NCBI GenBank assembly: GCA_964482725.1
Contig: CAYZYT010000002.1
Location: 74,437-138,436 of the forward strand
Source of the DNA: an uncultured bacterium
Lineage (GTDB): Bacteria > Omnitrophota > Omnitrophia > Omnitrophales > Aquincolibacteriaceae
Length of the DNA: 64,000 nucleotides
Direction of reading: 5' to 3'
The notes beneath the pieces are model-generated. The model was not told the DNA's origin. It searched no databases and saw only the letters and a program-made list of their open reading frames with translations. The translations under genes were made by a program, and so were the position numbers. Positions 1 to 10,394 of this stretch are shown here, in pieces. Position 1 is the stretch's first letter. The number at the start of each line of letters is the position of its first letter.

Positions 1-322
1 AAGGATAAATAACGGCTGTTCCGGGCTTGAGGGGCCGGAACTCGTAGCTAAAAGTCTGAGAAACCGTCTCGCCCGTTTCCTGAGATTGATTTTGATTCTC
101 GAGCGTTAGATTTTCAAGCTTCGGTTCCAGGGAATTTAATTCATACGGATCTTCCGCCTTAGGCCATTCGAGCTGGAGCTTCAAGATCACACTTTGATCG
201 GCAGCGATCTGTTTGGAAGGAGGTTCGACCTTGAGGCGTGGTGCCGCAAAGACCGAGGGCGAGAAGATCCCTATCAGGAAAATTCCAAAAAGGCAGATCG
301 TGTATCGGTGATTGGATGCCAT
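1..322 (-). CDS. Partial (C-terminally truncated by the window edge) secreted protein with an N-terminal signal peptide; possibly BatD-like
   Basis: Reverse complement of 1-322 translates without a stop from ATG (320-322): MASNHRYTICLFGIFLIGIFSPSVFAAPRLKVEPP... This has a hydrophobic signal-like N-terminus followed by AAP. It is absent from the ORF track because it runs off the window. The RBS is weak. Confidence 0.35.
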   Translation of the reverse strand, partial: MASNHRYTICLFGIFLIGIFSPSVFAAPRLKVEPPSKQIAADQSVILKLQLEWPKAEDPYELNSLEPKLENLTLENQNQSQETGETVSQTFSYEFRPLKPGTAVIYP

Positions 323-426
323 AATTCTTTTTGTTTCCGGATGGTGGATGGAGCCTAGAAAAACATGGAAGGAGGATAACGTTTTGGCTTTTTCGCCATC
401 CGCCATCCTCCCTCCATTTTTCGCGC

Positions 427-2355
427 TTACTCTTTTTTCTTCTTCTTTTCCTCGTCATCGACGACTTCATAATCCGCATCGACAACGCCCTCGTCTTTTT
501 TCCCTTCAGCTTCCGCTCCGGGAGTGGCGCCACCCTTGTTGCCGGCTTTTTTTGCGGCTTCTTCATACATTTTCTGTGCGATCGTATGCGAGGCCGTCCC
601 AAGCTTCTGGCTGGCTTTTTCCAGTTCTTCCTTGGATTCGCTGGTCAGAGAAGCCTTCGCTTCGACCATGGCTTCTTCGACCTTCTTTTTCTCATCTTCC
701 GAGATCTTGTCGCCGTGCTCCTTCAGCGTTTTCTCGGTCGCATAGATGAGATTATCCAATTGATTGCGCGCGGTAATAACTTCGTGCCTCTTTTTGTCCT
801 CTTCCGCGTTGGCCTGGCCTTCCTTGACAAGTTTATCGACCTCGTCCTTGGAAAGACCGGACGAAGACTCAATACGGATCTTCTGCTCCTTGCCAGTCCC
901 AAGATCTTTAGCGGACACATGCACGATACCATTCGCATCGATATCAAAAGTTACCTCGACTTGCGGGACACCGCGCGGCGCGGGCGGGATACCTTCCAAG
1001 TTGAAGTTCCCAAGCACGCGATTGTTCGCGGCCATTTCCCGCTCCCCTTGAAGCACCTTCACGGTCACTGCGGTTTGATTGTCCGCAGCCGTCGAGAAAA
1101 TCTCGGATTTTCGGGTCGGGATCGTGGTGTTGCGCTCGATCAGCTTCGTCATGACACCGCCCAAGGTTTCGATGCCCAGTGAAAGCGGAGTGACGTCGAG
1201 GAGCAAAATATCTTTGACGTCGCCTTTGAGAACACCCCCCTGGATCGCAGCGCCGATCGCCACCACCTCATCCGGGTTCACGCCTTGATGTGGGACCTTC
1301 TTAAAAAGGTCCTTCACTTTTTGAACGACGGCCGGCATGCGGGTCATACCGCCGACCATGATCACCTCATCGATATCCTCGGGTTTCACTCCGGCATCTT
1401 TCATGGCCTGCATACAGGGTGCGACCGTGCGTTCGATGAGATCGACCACCAACTGTTCGAGCTTTGCGCGCGTCAGAGTTAAAAGCAGATGCTTGGGACC
1501 CGAGGCATCCGCCGTAATGAACGGCAGATTAATGTCCGTACTCTGCGCGGTGGAAAGTTCGCACTTGGCTTTTTCCGCGGCTTCCTTCAGGCGCTGAATC
1601 GCCATTTTGTCTTTACTGAGGTCGATCCCCTCCGTTTTCTTAAACTCCAAGATGAGCCAATCGATGATCTTCTGGTCGAAATCATCGCCGCCCAGATGCG
1701 TGTCGCCATTCGTAGCTTTTACTTCAAAAACGCCTTCTCCGATATCGAGGATCGAAATATCGAACGTTCCGCCGCCGAGGTCGTAGACCGCGATGGTCTC
1801 GTCCTTTTTCTTATCCATCCCGTACGCAAGAGCAGCCGCGGTCGGCTCGTTGATAATTCGCAGAACCTCCAGCCCCGCAATCTGACCGGCGTCCTTGGTG
1901 GCCTGGCGTTGGGCATCATTAAAGTACGCCGGCACGGTAATGACGGCCTGCGTGATGGGCTCTCCCAGATACATCTCGGCGTCCGCCTTGAGTTTTTGAA
2001 GAACCTTGGCCGAGATCTCCGGCGGAGTGTAATCCCTTTTTTCCTGCGGGATGTTAAAGATCGCCTCACCGTGCTTGCCGGCCTTCACTTTAAACGGAAC
2101 CATCTGAACTTCATGGCCTGCTTCCTCAAAACGCCTCCCGATGAAACGCTTGGCGCTAAAGATCGTGTTCTCCGAATTCGTAACAGCCTGGCGCTTGGCC
2201 GTTTGCCCTACCAGTTCGCCGTTCTTTGTGAATGCGACGATGGAGGGCGTGGTGCGATTGCCTTCCTTGTTCTCGATCACCTTGGAATCCGTTCCGTCGA
2301 TGATCGCCATGCACGAGTTAGTCGTTCCTAAGTCAATTCCTAGAATTTTTCCCAT
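427..2355 (-). CDS. dnaK: Molecular chaperone DnaK (Hsp70)
   Basis: 642 aa; N-terminus [21 protein letters not shown], plus the motifs [12 protein letters not shown] and [18 protein letters not shown], and an acidic or lysine-rich C-terminal tail. Canonical Hsp70. Confidence 0.97.
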   Translation of the reverse strand: MGKILGIDLGTTNSCMAIIDGTDSKVIENKEGNRTTPSIVAFTKNGELVGQTAKRQAVTNSENTIFSAKRFIGRRFEEAGHEVQMVPFKVKAGKHGEAIFNIPQEKRDYTPPEISAKVLQKLKADAEMYLGEPITQAVITVPAYFNDAQRQATKDAGQIAGLEVLRIINEPTAAALAYGMDKKKDETIAVYDLGGGTFDISILDIGEGVFEVKATNGDTHLGGDDFDQKIIDWLILEFKKTEGIDLSKDKMAIQRLKEAAEKAKCELSTAQSTDINLPFITADASGPKHLLLTLTRAKLEQLVVDLIERTVAPCMQAMKDAGVKPEDIDEVIMVGGMTRMPAVVQKVKDLFKKVPHQGVNPDEVVAIGAAIQGGVLKGDVKDILLLDVTPLSLGIETLGGVMTKLIERNTTIPTRKSEIFSTAADNQTAVTVKVLQGEREMAANNRVLGNFNLEGIPPAPRGVPQVEVTFDIDANGIVHVSAKDLGTGKEQKIRIESSSGLSKDEVDKLVKEGQANAEEDKKRHEVITARNQLDNLIYATEKTLKEHGDKISEDEKKKVEEAMVEAKASLTSESKEELEKASQKLGTASHTIAQKMYEEAAKKAGNKGGATPGAEAEGKKDEGVVDADYEVVDDEEKKKKKE

Positions 2356-2510
2356 GTTCGCTTCTCCTTTTTATGTTCGTTAATTACGACATTCACACCA
2401 TCTATCATTCAACTATCATGCCAAATGTCTCAAAATGGTTCGACTACAAACCCTTGCAAATAAACGAGTTATAGCGATGCGTTTTATTATGCTAAAGCTC
2501 AAAGCTCTCA

Positions 2511-2529
2511 TTGCGTCATTTTGACGCAA
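2511..2529. promoter_or_regulatory. Perfect palindrome TTGCGTCA-ttt-TGACGCAA in the dnaK upstream region (also just downstream of the response-regulator stop); candidate operator or stem-loop
   Basis: Seen directly: 8-bp arms with a 3-nt spacer, about 155 bp upstream of the dnaK start codon. It is not a CIRCE (TTAGCACTC-N9-GAGTGCTAA) or HAIR consensus. Confidence 0.3.
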
Positions 2530-2591
2530 CCTTTTGTAACTAAACGACAAAATTCAAATCTTTCAAGATGGCTTTCCACGAGAATCTAATG

Positions 2592-3965
2592 TCAAACCAA
2601 TTTATATTCTTCCAACTTGCGGTAGAGCGTGCGGCGGGAGATTCCGAGCTTTTCGGCAGCTGTAGATTTATTCCCCCGGGTTTCCACAAGCGCGGTTCGA
2701 ATGAGCTCCTTTTCAACATCCGAGATCCTCGCGATGCCCTGGAGTGAAACATTTCCAATCGCTCCCGACGCTTCAGACCTTCCCTTCCGTATATCGTCAG
2801 GGATCTGTTCCAAGGTCAGAAAATCTCCGGAACTCAGGACGATCATACGCTCGACAATGTTTTTGAGTTCGCGGATATTTCCGGGCCAGTCGTATCTCAC
2901 AAGCGTTTCGAGAGCGTCTTTCTTGATTCCCCGGATTTTTTTTGAGTTCAGGGCGGCGTATTGGTGGATAAAGGCATCGACGAGCGGCGCGATATCTTCC
3001 TTCCGTTCCCGAAGGGGTGGCACCTTCAAATAAATAACATTAATGCGATAATAAAGATCCTCGCGGAATTTATGTTGCTGCACTTCATCCAGGAGCGTTT
3101 TGTTCGTGGCGGCAATAAGGCGGACATCTACTTTGATCGTCTTGGTGCCCCCCACGCGTTCAAACTCCCCCTCTTGAAGCACTCGAAGGAGTTTCACCTG
3201 AGTCTCTTTCGTGATTTCTCCGATCTCATCCAGAAAAAGACTGCCTTGATGCGCGCGTTCAAAACGTCCCTTCTTTCTATCCGTCGCTCCGGTAAAGGCG
3301 CCCTTCTCGTGGCCAAAAAGCTCGCTGGAGAGAAGCGTGTCCGTAAGTGCCGCGCAGTGCACCGCAATAAAAGGAAATTGTTTTCTTGGGCTAAGCTCAT
3401 GGATTCGACGCGCGATAAGCTCTTTGCCTGTGCCGCTTTCTCCTTCGATCAAGACGGACGCGTTGGAGACCGCGATCTTATCGACGGTCTTGAGGAGTTC
3501 CCTCATTTTTGGGGATTGTGCGATCAGCCGGCCCTGGTCATAGCGCTCCCGAAAGAGCTCCTGCTTGAGTTCCCGATTTTCTTCTTCCAGCTGATGGCTG
3601 CTGAATGCTTTTTTGATGAGAAATTCAAGTTCTTCAAGATTGACGGGCTTTGTTAAATAGTAGAAGGCGCCTTTTTTCATGGCCTTGACCGCGTCTTCGA
3701 CAGAACCGTAGGCCGTGAGCAAGAGGACTTTCGCGGACGGGGCTTCGGCCTTAATCGATTCCAGAAGCGTTATGCCATCCATTTCCGGCATACGAATGTC
3801 CGAAATAACGAGATCGGGATTCTCCTTTTTAAAAAGCTCCAGGGCCTCCTTGCCATTTGAGGCGGTCATAACATCATAGTCCAAGCCCTGAAGAAATTGG
3901 GTCAGCCCCTTTCGGGAATTCGCCTCATCTTCGGCAAGCAGAATCCTTTCAAACATAACGGTCAA
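2592..3965 (-). CDS. Sigma-54-dependent two-component response regulator (NtrC/AtoC family: REC + AAA+ sigma54-activation + HTH)
   Basis: 457 aa. The REC domain is LLAEDEANSRKGL...ISDIRMPEMDG. The AAA+ Walker A is GESGTGKELIARRIH. GAFTGA and the ESELFGHEKGAFTGA motif are typical of sigma54 activators. There is a C-terminal Fis-type HTH (KSTAAEKLGISRRTLYRKL). Confidence 0.9.
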   Translation of the reverse strand: MTVMFERILLAEDEANSRKGLTQFLQGLDYDVMTASNGKEALELFKKENPDLVISDIRMPEMDGITLLESIKAEAPSAKVLLLTAYGSVEDAVKAMKKGAFYYLTKPVNLEELEFLIKKAFSSHQLEEENRELKQELFRERYDQGRLIAQSPKMRELLKTVDKIAVSNASVLIEGESGTGKELIARRIHELSPRKQFPFIAVHCAALTDTLLSSELFGHEKGAFTGATDRKKGRFERAHQGSLFLDEIGEITKETQVKLLRVLQEGEFERVGGTKTIKVDVRLIAATNKTLLDEVQQHKFREDLYYRINVIYLKVPPLRERKEDIAPLVDAFIHQYAALNSKKIRGIKKDALETLVRYDWPGNIRELKNIVERMIVLSSGDFLTLEQIPDDIRKGRSEASGAIGNVSLQGIARISDVEKELIRTALVETRGNKSTAAEKLGISRRTLYRKLEEYKLV

Positions 3966-5137
3966 CCTCCCTCATTGGGGTCTTGGTAATTCGGCAGTTG
4001 AAGTTGAGGTTCGCGAATGGGCAAGAGAACCTTGAACGTGGTCCCCCGGCTCAACTTGCTTGCGACCTCGATCTTGCCACCATGCTCGGCAACGGCGTCG
4101 TAGACCATCATAAGCCCGAGGCCCGAGCCCTCCGGCTTGGTGGTGTAATAGATGTCGAAGATCCTGGAGAGTTCCTTCTCGGCAATACCGCAACCCGTGT
4201 CCGCAATCCCAACAGTCACACAATGCTGTTTATGCGTCACCGCGATCTTGAGAGAGCCTCCCGTGGGCATAGCCTCCAAGGCATTCTTGATCAGATTCAT
4301 AAAAGCATAATAAAGACGTTCCCGGTCCATCAGAAATTCCGGAAGGCCCTTATCTTTCGAGAATTTCACAAGGACTTTCGCAACATCCAGCTGCGGTCTT
4401 AGGAAAGCGATGGCATCGTCGATCACTTCGTTCAGGTCATCCAATCGAAATCGAAGCGGCGGCTTCCGTGTGGCTTTGAGAAAATTCCGGATAATTCGGT
4501 CAAGCCTCCGGGTCTCATCCTGAATGTCACTCAAAGAGTCGGCGATCTCTTTTCGCTTCTCGTCAGGAAGTCCGGCCAGGCGTTTTTTTAAAAGCTCTAG
4601 ATGGATCGTAATGGCGTTAAGCGGATTACCGATCTCATGAGCGATACCTCCGGCCAATCGGACCAGACTTTCCATGCGTGAGAGCATCGCCGCTTCGAAT
4701 TCCTGATCCGTGCGCGAAGTGATATCTGCGAGGAGAATCACAAAAGATGATTTTCCGTACTCCTCGCGAGGAAGGAGGGTGACGCGAAGTTGTATTTCCC
4801 GAGGAACGAGGATTCGGAGATCCTGGACCCTACGCGTTCGGGAGGTCGTGATATTTTCTTTAAGAAAAGCCGCACAAGAAGGGTCCTGAACCTGATGCCA
4901 TAGAGGCTGCTTCGCGGCGGTCCGTATGCCTCCCAGCCAGTCATCGGCCTTGGGGTTGACAAAAACGGGATACCCTTTTGAGTCCGTAATGACGACCCCT
5001 TCATCTAAACTCTGGAATACTTCTTCGAGCTGAAGCTTCTCTTGGGCAGTCTCAAGGAGCCTGAGATATAGAGAATCTTTTTCAATCTGCGGAAGACGCG
5101 GCTTCAGCCGTTTTATAAAATCAAGTTTTTCGCTCAT
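3962..5137 (-). CDS. Sensor histidine kinase (PAS-like N-terminus, HisKA, HATPase_c); partner of the adjacent sigma54 regulator
   Basis: 391 aa. The H-box is AGGIAHEIGNPLNAITIHLELL, the N-box LIKNALEAM, the G-boxes IADTGCGI and GSGLGLMMV. It overlaps the regulator by 4 bp (ATGA). Confidence 0.85.
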   Translation of the reverse strand: MSEKLDFIKRLKPRLPQIEKDSLYLRLLETAQEKLQLEEVFQSLDEGVVITDSKGYPVFVNPKADDWLGGIRTAAKQPLWHQVQDPSCAAFLKENITTSRTRRVQDLRILVPREIQLRVTLLPREEYGKSSFVILLADITSRTDQEFEAAMLSRMESLVRLAGGIAHEIGNPLNAITIHLELLKKRLAGLPDEKRKEIADSLSDIQDETRRLDRIIRNFLKATRKPPLRFRLDDLNEVIDDAIAFLRPQLDVAKVLVKFSKDKGLPEFLMDRERLYYAFMNLIKNALEAMPTGGSLKIAVTHKQHCVTVGIADTGCGIAEKELSRIFDIYYTTKPEGSGLGLMMVYDAVAEHGGKIEVASKLSRGTTFKVLLPIREPQLQLPNYQDPNEGG

Positions 5138-5768
5138 GCGTTTCTTTCACTCCCTTGACGTTCTCGATGAAACTCCGAAGCAGTCGGGGATCTTTGGTGC
5201 CGGGACTGGACTCAACCCCGCTTGCAACATCCACCGCGAACGGACGGACCTTTTCAATCGCTTGCGCGACATTCACCGGGTTGAGCCCTCCGGCGAGAAA
5301 AAGCTTATCGTGAACATAGGGCTTGTCTTCGATGATGCTCCAGTCAAAGGGGATGCCCGAGCCCCCTTTCTCAGAATGAGAATACGTATCAAAAAGAAAT
5401 GCGCTCACATTGTATTCGGCGATCCGCTTCAGGCTCATAGCGTCTTTTACGTGAAAAGTTTTGATGATCTCATAGCCTTTCCGAATGAACGAATCGCAAT
5501 AAAGCGCGGTTTCTTCGCCGTGGAACTGAAGAAATTTGAGTTGGAGCCGATCAGCGATTATCTCCACTTCTTTCTTGGGCTGATTGCAAAAGACGCCCAC
5601 CGTGTTTTTAAAGCCTGCAAGCTTCGCGAGAATTCCCATCGCGTTATCGACCGTGATCACGCGCTTGCTTGTGGGAGCAAAAATAAAACCAAGATAGTCC
5701 GCCCCGAGATCCGCGGCCAGCTGCGCCTGCTCGTAATTGGTATTGCCACAAATCTTGACGCGCGTCAC
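5121..5768 (-). CDS. trpF: Phosphoribosylanthranilate isomerase
   Basis: 215 aa; MTRVKICGNTNYEQAQLAADLGADYLGFIF is a typical TrpF N-terminus. It lies in trp-operon context and its 3' end overlaps the kinase start by 17 bp. Confidence 0.88.
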   Translation of the reverse strand: MTRVKICGNTNYEQAQLAADLGADYLGFIFAPTSKRVITVDNAMGILAKLAGFKNTVGVFCNQPKKEVEIIADRLQLKFLQFHGEETALYCDSFIRKGYEIIKTFHVKDAMSLKRIAEYNVSAFLFDTYSHSEKGGSGIPFDWSIIEDKPYVHDKLFLAGGLNPVNVAQAIEKVRPFAVDVASGVESSPGTKDPRLLRSFIENVKGVKETHERKT

Positions 5769-6577
5769 AGGGATTCCTCCGCGGCAGAAACCTCTTTTTT
5801 CCCAAGGAGCCTTTGAAGTGCGGAAGAGATATCAGGAGATTTCATCAGAGTGGAGCCGATAAGAAAAGCGTGGGCGCCGAGACTTTTGTACATCAGCAAT
5901 TCGTCATGGGAGCTCAGGCCGCTTTCCACCACAATGGCGATCCCCTTCGGAATATGAGGGATAAGCTGTTTGGCACGGTCAGGATCAACCTTGAGCGTCT
6001 TAAGATCGCGGTTATTGATCCCGATCGTCGTGGCTCCGGCTTCAACCGCCTTCTTGAGCTCTGCGTCCGAATGGACCTCGACTAAAGCGTCCATCTGGAG
6101 TTCCTTCCCCAAGGTGATCAAGTCTTTCAATTCCTCTTCGCTCAGGATCGAGGCGATCAAGAGAAACGCATCGGCCTCGAGGAGTGCGGTTTCATAAAGC
6201 TGAAAACGCTCAAAAATGAAATCTTTTCGGAGGAGCGGAAGCTTCGTGACTTGCCGTACGGTTTTCAAATAACTGGGACGACCTTTGAAGTAATGGGACT
6301 CTGTGAGCACCGAGATCGCGCAGGCGCCCGCATACTCGTACAGGCTTGCGATACGAAGCGGCTGAAAATTCTCGCGCAGGACACCCTCCGACGGAGACGC
6401 TTTCTTGAGTTCCGCGATAATATTGAGGTGACGCATGGACAAGATCGCGTTGCGGAAAGAGCGGGGTTTCGGCCGCTCTGTTTTTTCGATAATGCGCTGA
6501 AGCCGGGCCAATGGCATGCGCTGCTTCAGCTCATCGAGATCTTTCCGTTTCTGGAGAAGGATATCATTCAGGATCAT
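5765..6577 (-). CDS. trpC: Indole-3-glycerol phosphate synthase
   Basis: 270 aa; ILxxI...IAE(L/F)KKASPS and NNRDL motifs. Lies between trpD and trpF. Confidence 0.9.
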   Translation of the reverse strand: MILNDILLQKRKDLDELKQRMPLARLQRIIEKTERPKPRSFRNAILSMRHLNIIAELKKASPSEGVLRENFQPLRIASLYEYAGACAISVLTESHYFKGRPSYLKTVRQVTKLPLLRKDFIFERFQLYETALLEADAFLLIASILSEEELKDLITLGKELQMDALVEVHSDAELKKAVEAGATTIGINNRDLKTLKVDPDRAKQLIPHIPKGIAIVVESGLSSHDELLMYKSLGAHAFLIGSTLMKSPDISSALQRLLGKKEVSAAEESL

Positions 6578-6578
6578 A

Positions 6579-7673
6579 TCAGCACCTCTCCCTGCTACGC
6601 CCGTGCGGCGGGGACCGTTTCACCCCCCTGGGATTCGTTATGCGACGCAGTTGTGTCAGAACGCTCCGGGCATGTCCCGAATCAAGGGATTCTTCAGCGA
6701 AAACAATGCCCTCTTCAACAGAGCTCGCCTTCCCGCAGAGCAAAAGTCCGTAGGCAGCATTCAAGACGATCGTGTCGCGTGCCGGGCCTTTTTCTTTTCC
6801 TAAAAGAATGTCTTCGGAACGCCGTTTGCTTGTCCTGACGGAATGAACACGCAGATGCTTGAGGGATGCCTTTTTGAGGCCATAAATTTCGGGACGGATC
6901 ACCGACATCCGCATTTTATTCGGCGTCACCCAGGCAACCGCCGTGGGGACCGAAGTCGAGATCTCGTCCATGCCGTCAAAGCTGTGGCACACAAGTGCGG
7001 TCTTTCTGCCCAACTTTAAAAGGACCTTGGCGTAAAGCGGGATCAGGCGTTTTTCGGAAACGCCCACAAGCTGATGATCCAGCCGCATCGGATTCACCAA
7101 AGGTCCGAGCAGGTTAAGAATGGTCCGCTGTCTGAGCGTTTTGCGCAAAGGCTGCAACTTGGCGAAAACGGGATGATGGAACGGGGCGTGAAAATATCCA
7201 AAGCCGATGGTTGGGATCGCACCGATCATTTTTCGGGGGTCCGTATCGAGTTTGACGCCGAAAGCTTCCATAAGATCGGAACTTCCCGATTTTGAAGAGA
7301 TCGCACGATTGCCGTGCTTAGCGATCTTCCCGCCCGCGCCCGCGATGACGAGGGCAACCAAGGTAGAGATATTAAGGGTTCTCCGGCCATCCCCGCCGGT
7401 GCCGCAGGTATCCATGAGTCCGGCGATCTTGGGACCGATCGATTTTTCGAGAGCTTGGAGCGCCCGAAGACAACCGAGAAGCTCGTCAGCCGTCTCTCCC
7501 TTGTGAGCCAGCAGAAGCAAAAAACTTTTAGCCTGAGCCAAAGAGAGGCTCCCCGTAAAAAGGAGGTGAAAAAGTTTTTGGGCCTGCGTAAGTGACAAAG
7601 AACGACCCGTGACAATCCGGAGGAGAAGACTGTTCAGCCAGGATGGGCGTATGAACTCAGCCGTTCGGATCAT
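6579..7673 (-). CDS. trpD: Anthranilate phosphoribosyltransferase
   Basis: [49 protein letters not shown] is the canonical TrpD glycine-rich motif. The ORF track extends to 7754, but the likely start is the ATG at 7671-7673. That start overlaps the trpG TGA stop as ATGA, and alignment to the TrpD N-terminus begins there. Confidence 0.88.
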   Translation of the reverse strand: MIRTAEFIRPSWLNSLLLRIVTGRSLSLTQAQKLFHLLFTGSLSLAQAKSFLLLLAHKGETADELLGCLRALQALEKSIGPKIAGLMDTCGTGGDGRRTLNISTLVALVIAGAGGKIAKHGNRAISSKSGSSDLMEAFGVKLDTDPRKMIGAIPTIGFGYFHAPFHHPVFAKLQPLRKTLRQRTILNLLGPLVNPMRLDHQLVGVSEKRLIPLYAKVLLKLGRKTALVCHSFDGMDEISTSVPTAVAWVTPNKMRMSVIRPEIYGLKKASLKHLRVHSVRTSKRRSEDILLGKEKGPARDTIVLNAAYGLLLCGKASSVEEGIVFAEESLDSGHARSVLTQLRRITNPRGVKRSPPHGRSRERC

Positions 7674-8239
7674 TTCGAAAGGTCCAAAAAGTTCTTGAGG
7701 AGCTGCATGCCCGAAGCGGTCATAATGGATTCGGGATGGAATTGAACGCCCCAAGTCGGATGGGTCTTATGCTTAAGCCCCATGATCTCCTGCTCTCGGG
7801 TCCAAGCCGTGATCTTAAGGGTATCCGGAAGAGATTTCTTTTCAACAAGAAGTGAATGATAGCGAGTGGCGACAAAGGGGTTCGGGATGCCTTTAAAGAG
7901 AGGATCTTTGTCATGATAAACCGGAGAAGTTTTGCCGTGCATAATGTTCGCCGCGCGGATGACTTTACCGCCGAATACGTGGCCGATCGATTGATGGCCC
8001 AGGCAAACTCCCAGGATGGGCACTTTGCCGCTGAAGGTCCGGATCACATCACAGGAGATCCCCGCCTCTTTGGGCGTTTTGGGCCCCGGAGAGATAACGA
8101 TGCGCTTGGGACGGAGGCGTTTGATCTTCGCGATCGTGATCTCATCGTTACGCCAGACGCGAGGGTCCGCACCGAGCTCGCCGAGATATTGCACCAGATT
8201 GTATGTGAAGGAATCGTAGTTATCGATAACCAGAAGCAT
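7670..8239 (-). CDS. trpG: Anthranilate synthase component II (class-I glutamine amidotransferase)
   Basis: 189 aa; N-terminus [23 protein letters not shown], catalytic GVCLGHQ, and a C-terminal GVQFHPES. Operon context favours trpG over pabA. Confidence 0.85.
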   Translation of the reverse strand: MLLVIDNYDSFTYNLVQYLGELGADPRVWRNDEITIAKIKRLRPKRIVISPGPKTPKEAGISCDVIRTFSGKVPILGVCLGHQSIGHVFGGKVIRAANIMHGKTSPVYHDKDPLFKGIPNPFVATRYHSLLVEKKSLPDTLKITAWTREQEIMGLKHKTHPTWGVQFHPESIMTASGMQLLKNFLDLSK

Positions 8240-9711
8240 TAAAAAAGGAACCTCTCTTCGATAGCTTTGAGCATCGCTTTGGATTTATTGACCGTCTCAT
8301 CGTATTCACGTCCCGGGTCCGAGTCCTTGACGATCCCGGCACCAGCTTGAAGGAATATTCGATCTTTGTGAAGCATGAGCGTCCGGATCGTGATGCACAT
8401 GTCCATATCCCCATCAAAACCGAAATAACCCAGACAGCCGCCGTAGGGACCGCGCGCCTCAGGCTCAAGTTCGTCAATGATCTGCATGGCGCGGACTTTG
8501 GGAGCTCCGGAAAGGGTCCCGGCAGGAAATGTCGCGCGCAAAAGATCCATAGCCGACGTTCCCGCTTTAAGTTTGCTTTGAACCCGACTGACGAGATGCA
8601 TCACGTGGGAATAGCGCTCAACAAAAGCAAAGCGTTCAACCTTCACTGATTTAAAATCCGAAACGCGCCCGAGATCGTTACGGCCGAGATCGACGAGCAT
8701 CAGGTGCTCCGCCATTTCCTTAACCGACGACCTGAGCTGTTTTTCATACTGCTGATCCTGCGGCTCTGTGAGCCCGCGCGGCCGAGTGCCGGCGATAGGC
8801 CGCACCTCCGCCACACGGTTTGTTTTTTTGACGAGCATTTCGGGCGAGGAGCCGATCAACCGAAACGCGCCGCTCCGAAAATAAAACATATAAGGCGATG
8901 GGTTGATAGATCGGAGCGACCGGTAGATCTGAAAATCGTGCCCGTGATGCGCGAGCTGGAAACGTTGCGACAATACCACCTGAATGCAATCCCCCGCGCG
9001 GATGTATTCCTTAATACGCTTGACCTTGGATTCATAGTCTTTTCGCGACATATTGGCCTGGACATGCGGAAGCGACACGGCTTTTGACGGCGCGGGCATG
9101 CGCAGCGGCTTTTGGAGAAGGTTTTTGTATTTCGCCATTTGCCCGAGGGCATTCTTATAAGCCGCCTCCGGGTTTTTGAATTTTTTAAGATTGACGAGGA
9201 TAACGACGGAAAGCGTTTTCCGGAAATGATCAAATACGACAAAATCTTCGACGCGAAAAAAAATGCCGAGCGGGAAGCCCGGGCCTTTCTTCTTCGTTAT
9301 CAGGATCGTTTCAAAATCGCGGACATTCTCATACGAAAGATAGCCCACGAATCCGCCCCGGAATCCCGGGAAGGCTTCGGGATTGGCGAGTTTGCGCGTG
9401 GCAAGTTCCGCCTCGATCACATTCAAAAGCTTGGCGTCTTTCAGAACTCGCTTCTTCCCGTCCGCCGTGACCGTAACATTTTTTCCGGAGGATTCGTAAA
9501 CAGCAGCAGGCTCGATCCCGAGGAATGAAAAACGCCCGATCTTTTCTTCCTGCTCCGCGGATTCCAGAAGGAATGCGTGGCGCGTTTTTTTGCTGATCTT
9601 TAAGAAACTCGAAACAGGCGTCTCCAGATCCGCAGGAAATGTCTCTGAGAGAGCGACAATGTTCCCTTTTCGCGCCAATTTTTTGAAATCTGCGAGGTCA
9701 GGAGCGATCAT
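8239..9711 (-). CDS. trpE: Anthranilate synthase component I
   Basis: 490 aa chorismate-binding enzyme with LLESAEQ and PYMFYF-like motifs. The C-terminal [10 protein letters not shown] matches the usual GGGIVaDS ending of this family. It overlaps hisI by 4 bp and trpG by 1 bp. Confidence 0.9.
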   Translation of the reverse strand: MIAPDLADFKKLARKGNIVALSETFPADLETPVSSFLKISKKTRHAFLLESAEQEEKIGRFSFLGIEPAAVYESSGKNVTVTADGKKRVLKDAKLLNVIEAELATRKLANPEAFPGFRGGFVGYLSYENVRDFETILITKKKGPGFPLGIFFRVEDFVVFDHFRKTLSVVILVNLKKFKNPEAAYKNALGQMAKYKNLLQKPLRMPAPSKAVSLPHVQANMSRKDYESKVKRIKEYIRAGDCIQVVLSQRFQLAHHGHDFQIYRSLRSINPSPYMFYFRSGAFRLIGSSPEMLVKKTNRVAEVRPIAGTRPRGLTEPQDQQYEKQLRSSVKEMAEHLMLVDLGRNDLGRVSDFKSVKVERFAFVERYSHVMHLVSRVQSKLKAGTSAMDLLRATFPAGTLSGAPKVRAMQIIDELEPEARGPYGGCLGYFGFDGDMDMCITIRTLMLHKDRIFLQAGAGIVKDSDPGREYDETVNKSKAMLKAIEERFLF

Positions 9712-10088
9712 TTCTTATAGATCTTTTCCGGGTCGAATACTTTCTCTTGAGTGATCTTCACAACATCGCCGCTCTCGTTCATTTCGTGGACAAAGCAGGT
9801 GCGATAACCCAAGTGACAGGCCCCGCCCTTATTTTGCGTGACACGGACAAGAAGCGTATCTTTGTCGCAATCTGTCAGGACTTGCACGACGCTCTGAGTG
9901 TGGCCTGATTCCTCGCCTTTGACCCAATATTTGTTCCGGGACCTGGAGTAGAAAACCGTGTGTTTTTCCTTCAAGGTCCGCTCCACGGCGACTTTATCCA
10001 TGTAAGCGAGCATAAGAACCTCACCGGAACCAGCGTCCTGAATGATGACGGGCAACAGCCCCTGATCGTTATATTTAAGATTTTCCAT
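9708..10088 (-). CDS. hisI: Phosphoribosyl-AMP cyclohydrolase
   Basis: 126 aa; LLPVIIQD...GEVLMLAYM...YSRSRNKYWVKGEESGHTQ...LTDCDKDTLL...GGACHLGYRTCF matches HisI throughout. Confidence 0.88.
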   Translation of the reverse strand: MENLKYNDQGLLPVIIQDAGSGEVLMLAYMDKVAVERTLKEKHTVFYSRSRNKYWVKGEESGHTQSVVQVLTDCDKDTLLVRVTQNKGGACHLGYRTCFVHEMNESGDVVKITQEKVFDPEKIYKK

Positions 10089-10236
10089 TAAAACGTATTC
10101 TCCTTTGAATAATCCTGATTTTTATTCATTTTTTAAATAGCATTCGAAACAGTTCCATGACCCTGCTTGAAATTCATAAGAGACTTTGGACAATGAAGTT
10201 ACATCAAAAAGCGTTCGTCTTCATTGAAGCGATGTC

Positions 10237-10265
10237 GAGTATGCCACAAAGGAACTGTGTGTCAA
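10237..10265 (-). promoter_or_regulatory. Weak candidate sigma70-type promoter for the hisI-trpEGDCF unit
   Basis: On the minus strand: TTGACA (10260-10265), 17-bp spacer, ATACTC (10237-10242) preceded by TGG. The -10 is weak. The following leader of about 150 nt has no Trp-codon leader peptide. Confidence 0.2.
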
Positions 10266-10394
10266 GGGGATACACTTATGGGGTCGAATAGGCTGCACGG
10301 AATTTCCAGAAATCGTGAAACTCTCTCAGACGGCCGATCGATCAAAACCGCGGCACTGACTCTCCAGCAAGATTGAGTGCAAACAAGCGCCTGT

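Noticed and set aside
323-426. 13-bp inverted repeat GGATGGTGGATGG...CCATCCGCCATCC downstream of dnaK as a terminator
   Set aside because: The loop is about 45 nt and there is no U-tract; the pairing is imperfect. It could be structured RNA but cannot be supported as a terminator.
159-602. 147-aa minus-strand ORF overlapping the dnaK 3' end
   Set aside because: It is low-complexity, Arg/Lys-rich, and sits in an alternative frame of the dnaK C-terminal KKKKE coding region. It is most likely a shadow ORF. The real downstream gene is the 1-322 partial ORF.
331-2331. Plus-strand ORFs 331-1182 and 1489-2331, and many other plus-strand ORFs nested in minus-strand genes (e.g. 2961-3656, 35093-35872, 36299-37054, 37455-38357, 39046-40278, 49293-50057, 50124-51050)
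   Set aside because: They lie wholly antisense to high-confidence conserved genes (dnaK, the response regulator, tpiA, pgk, gap, the kinase, the giant ORF). They have no RBS and skewed composition, so they are antisense shadow frames.
10089-10394. Possible trp attenuator or leader peptide upstream of hisI-trpE
   Set aside because: Candidate small ORFs in the leader (MKTNAF; MNFKQGHGTVSNAI) contain no Trp or His codon runs. No terminator or antiterminator pair with a U-tract is evident.
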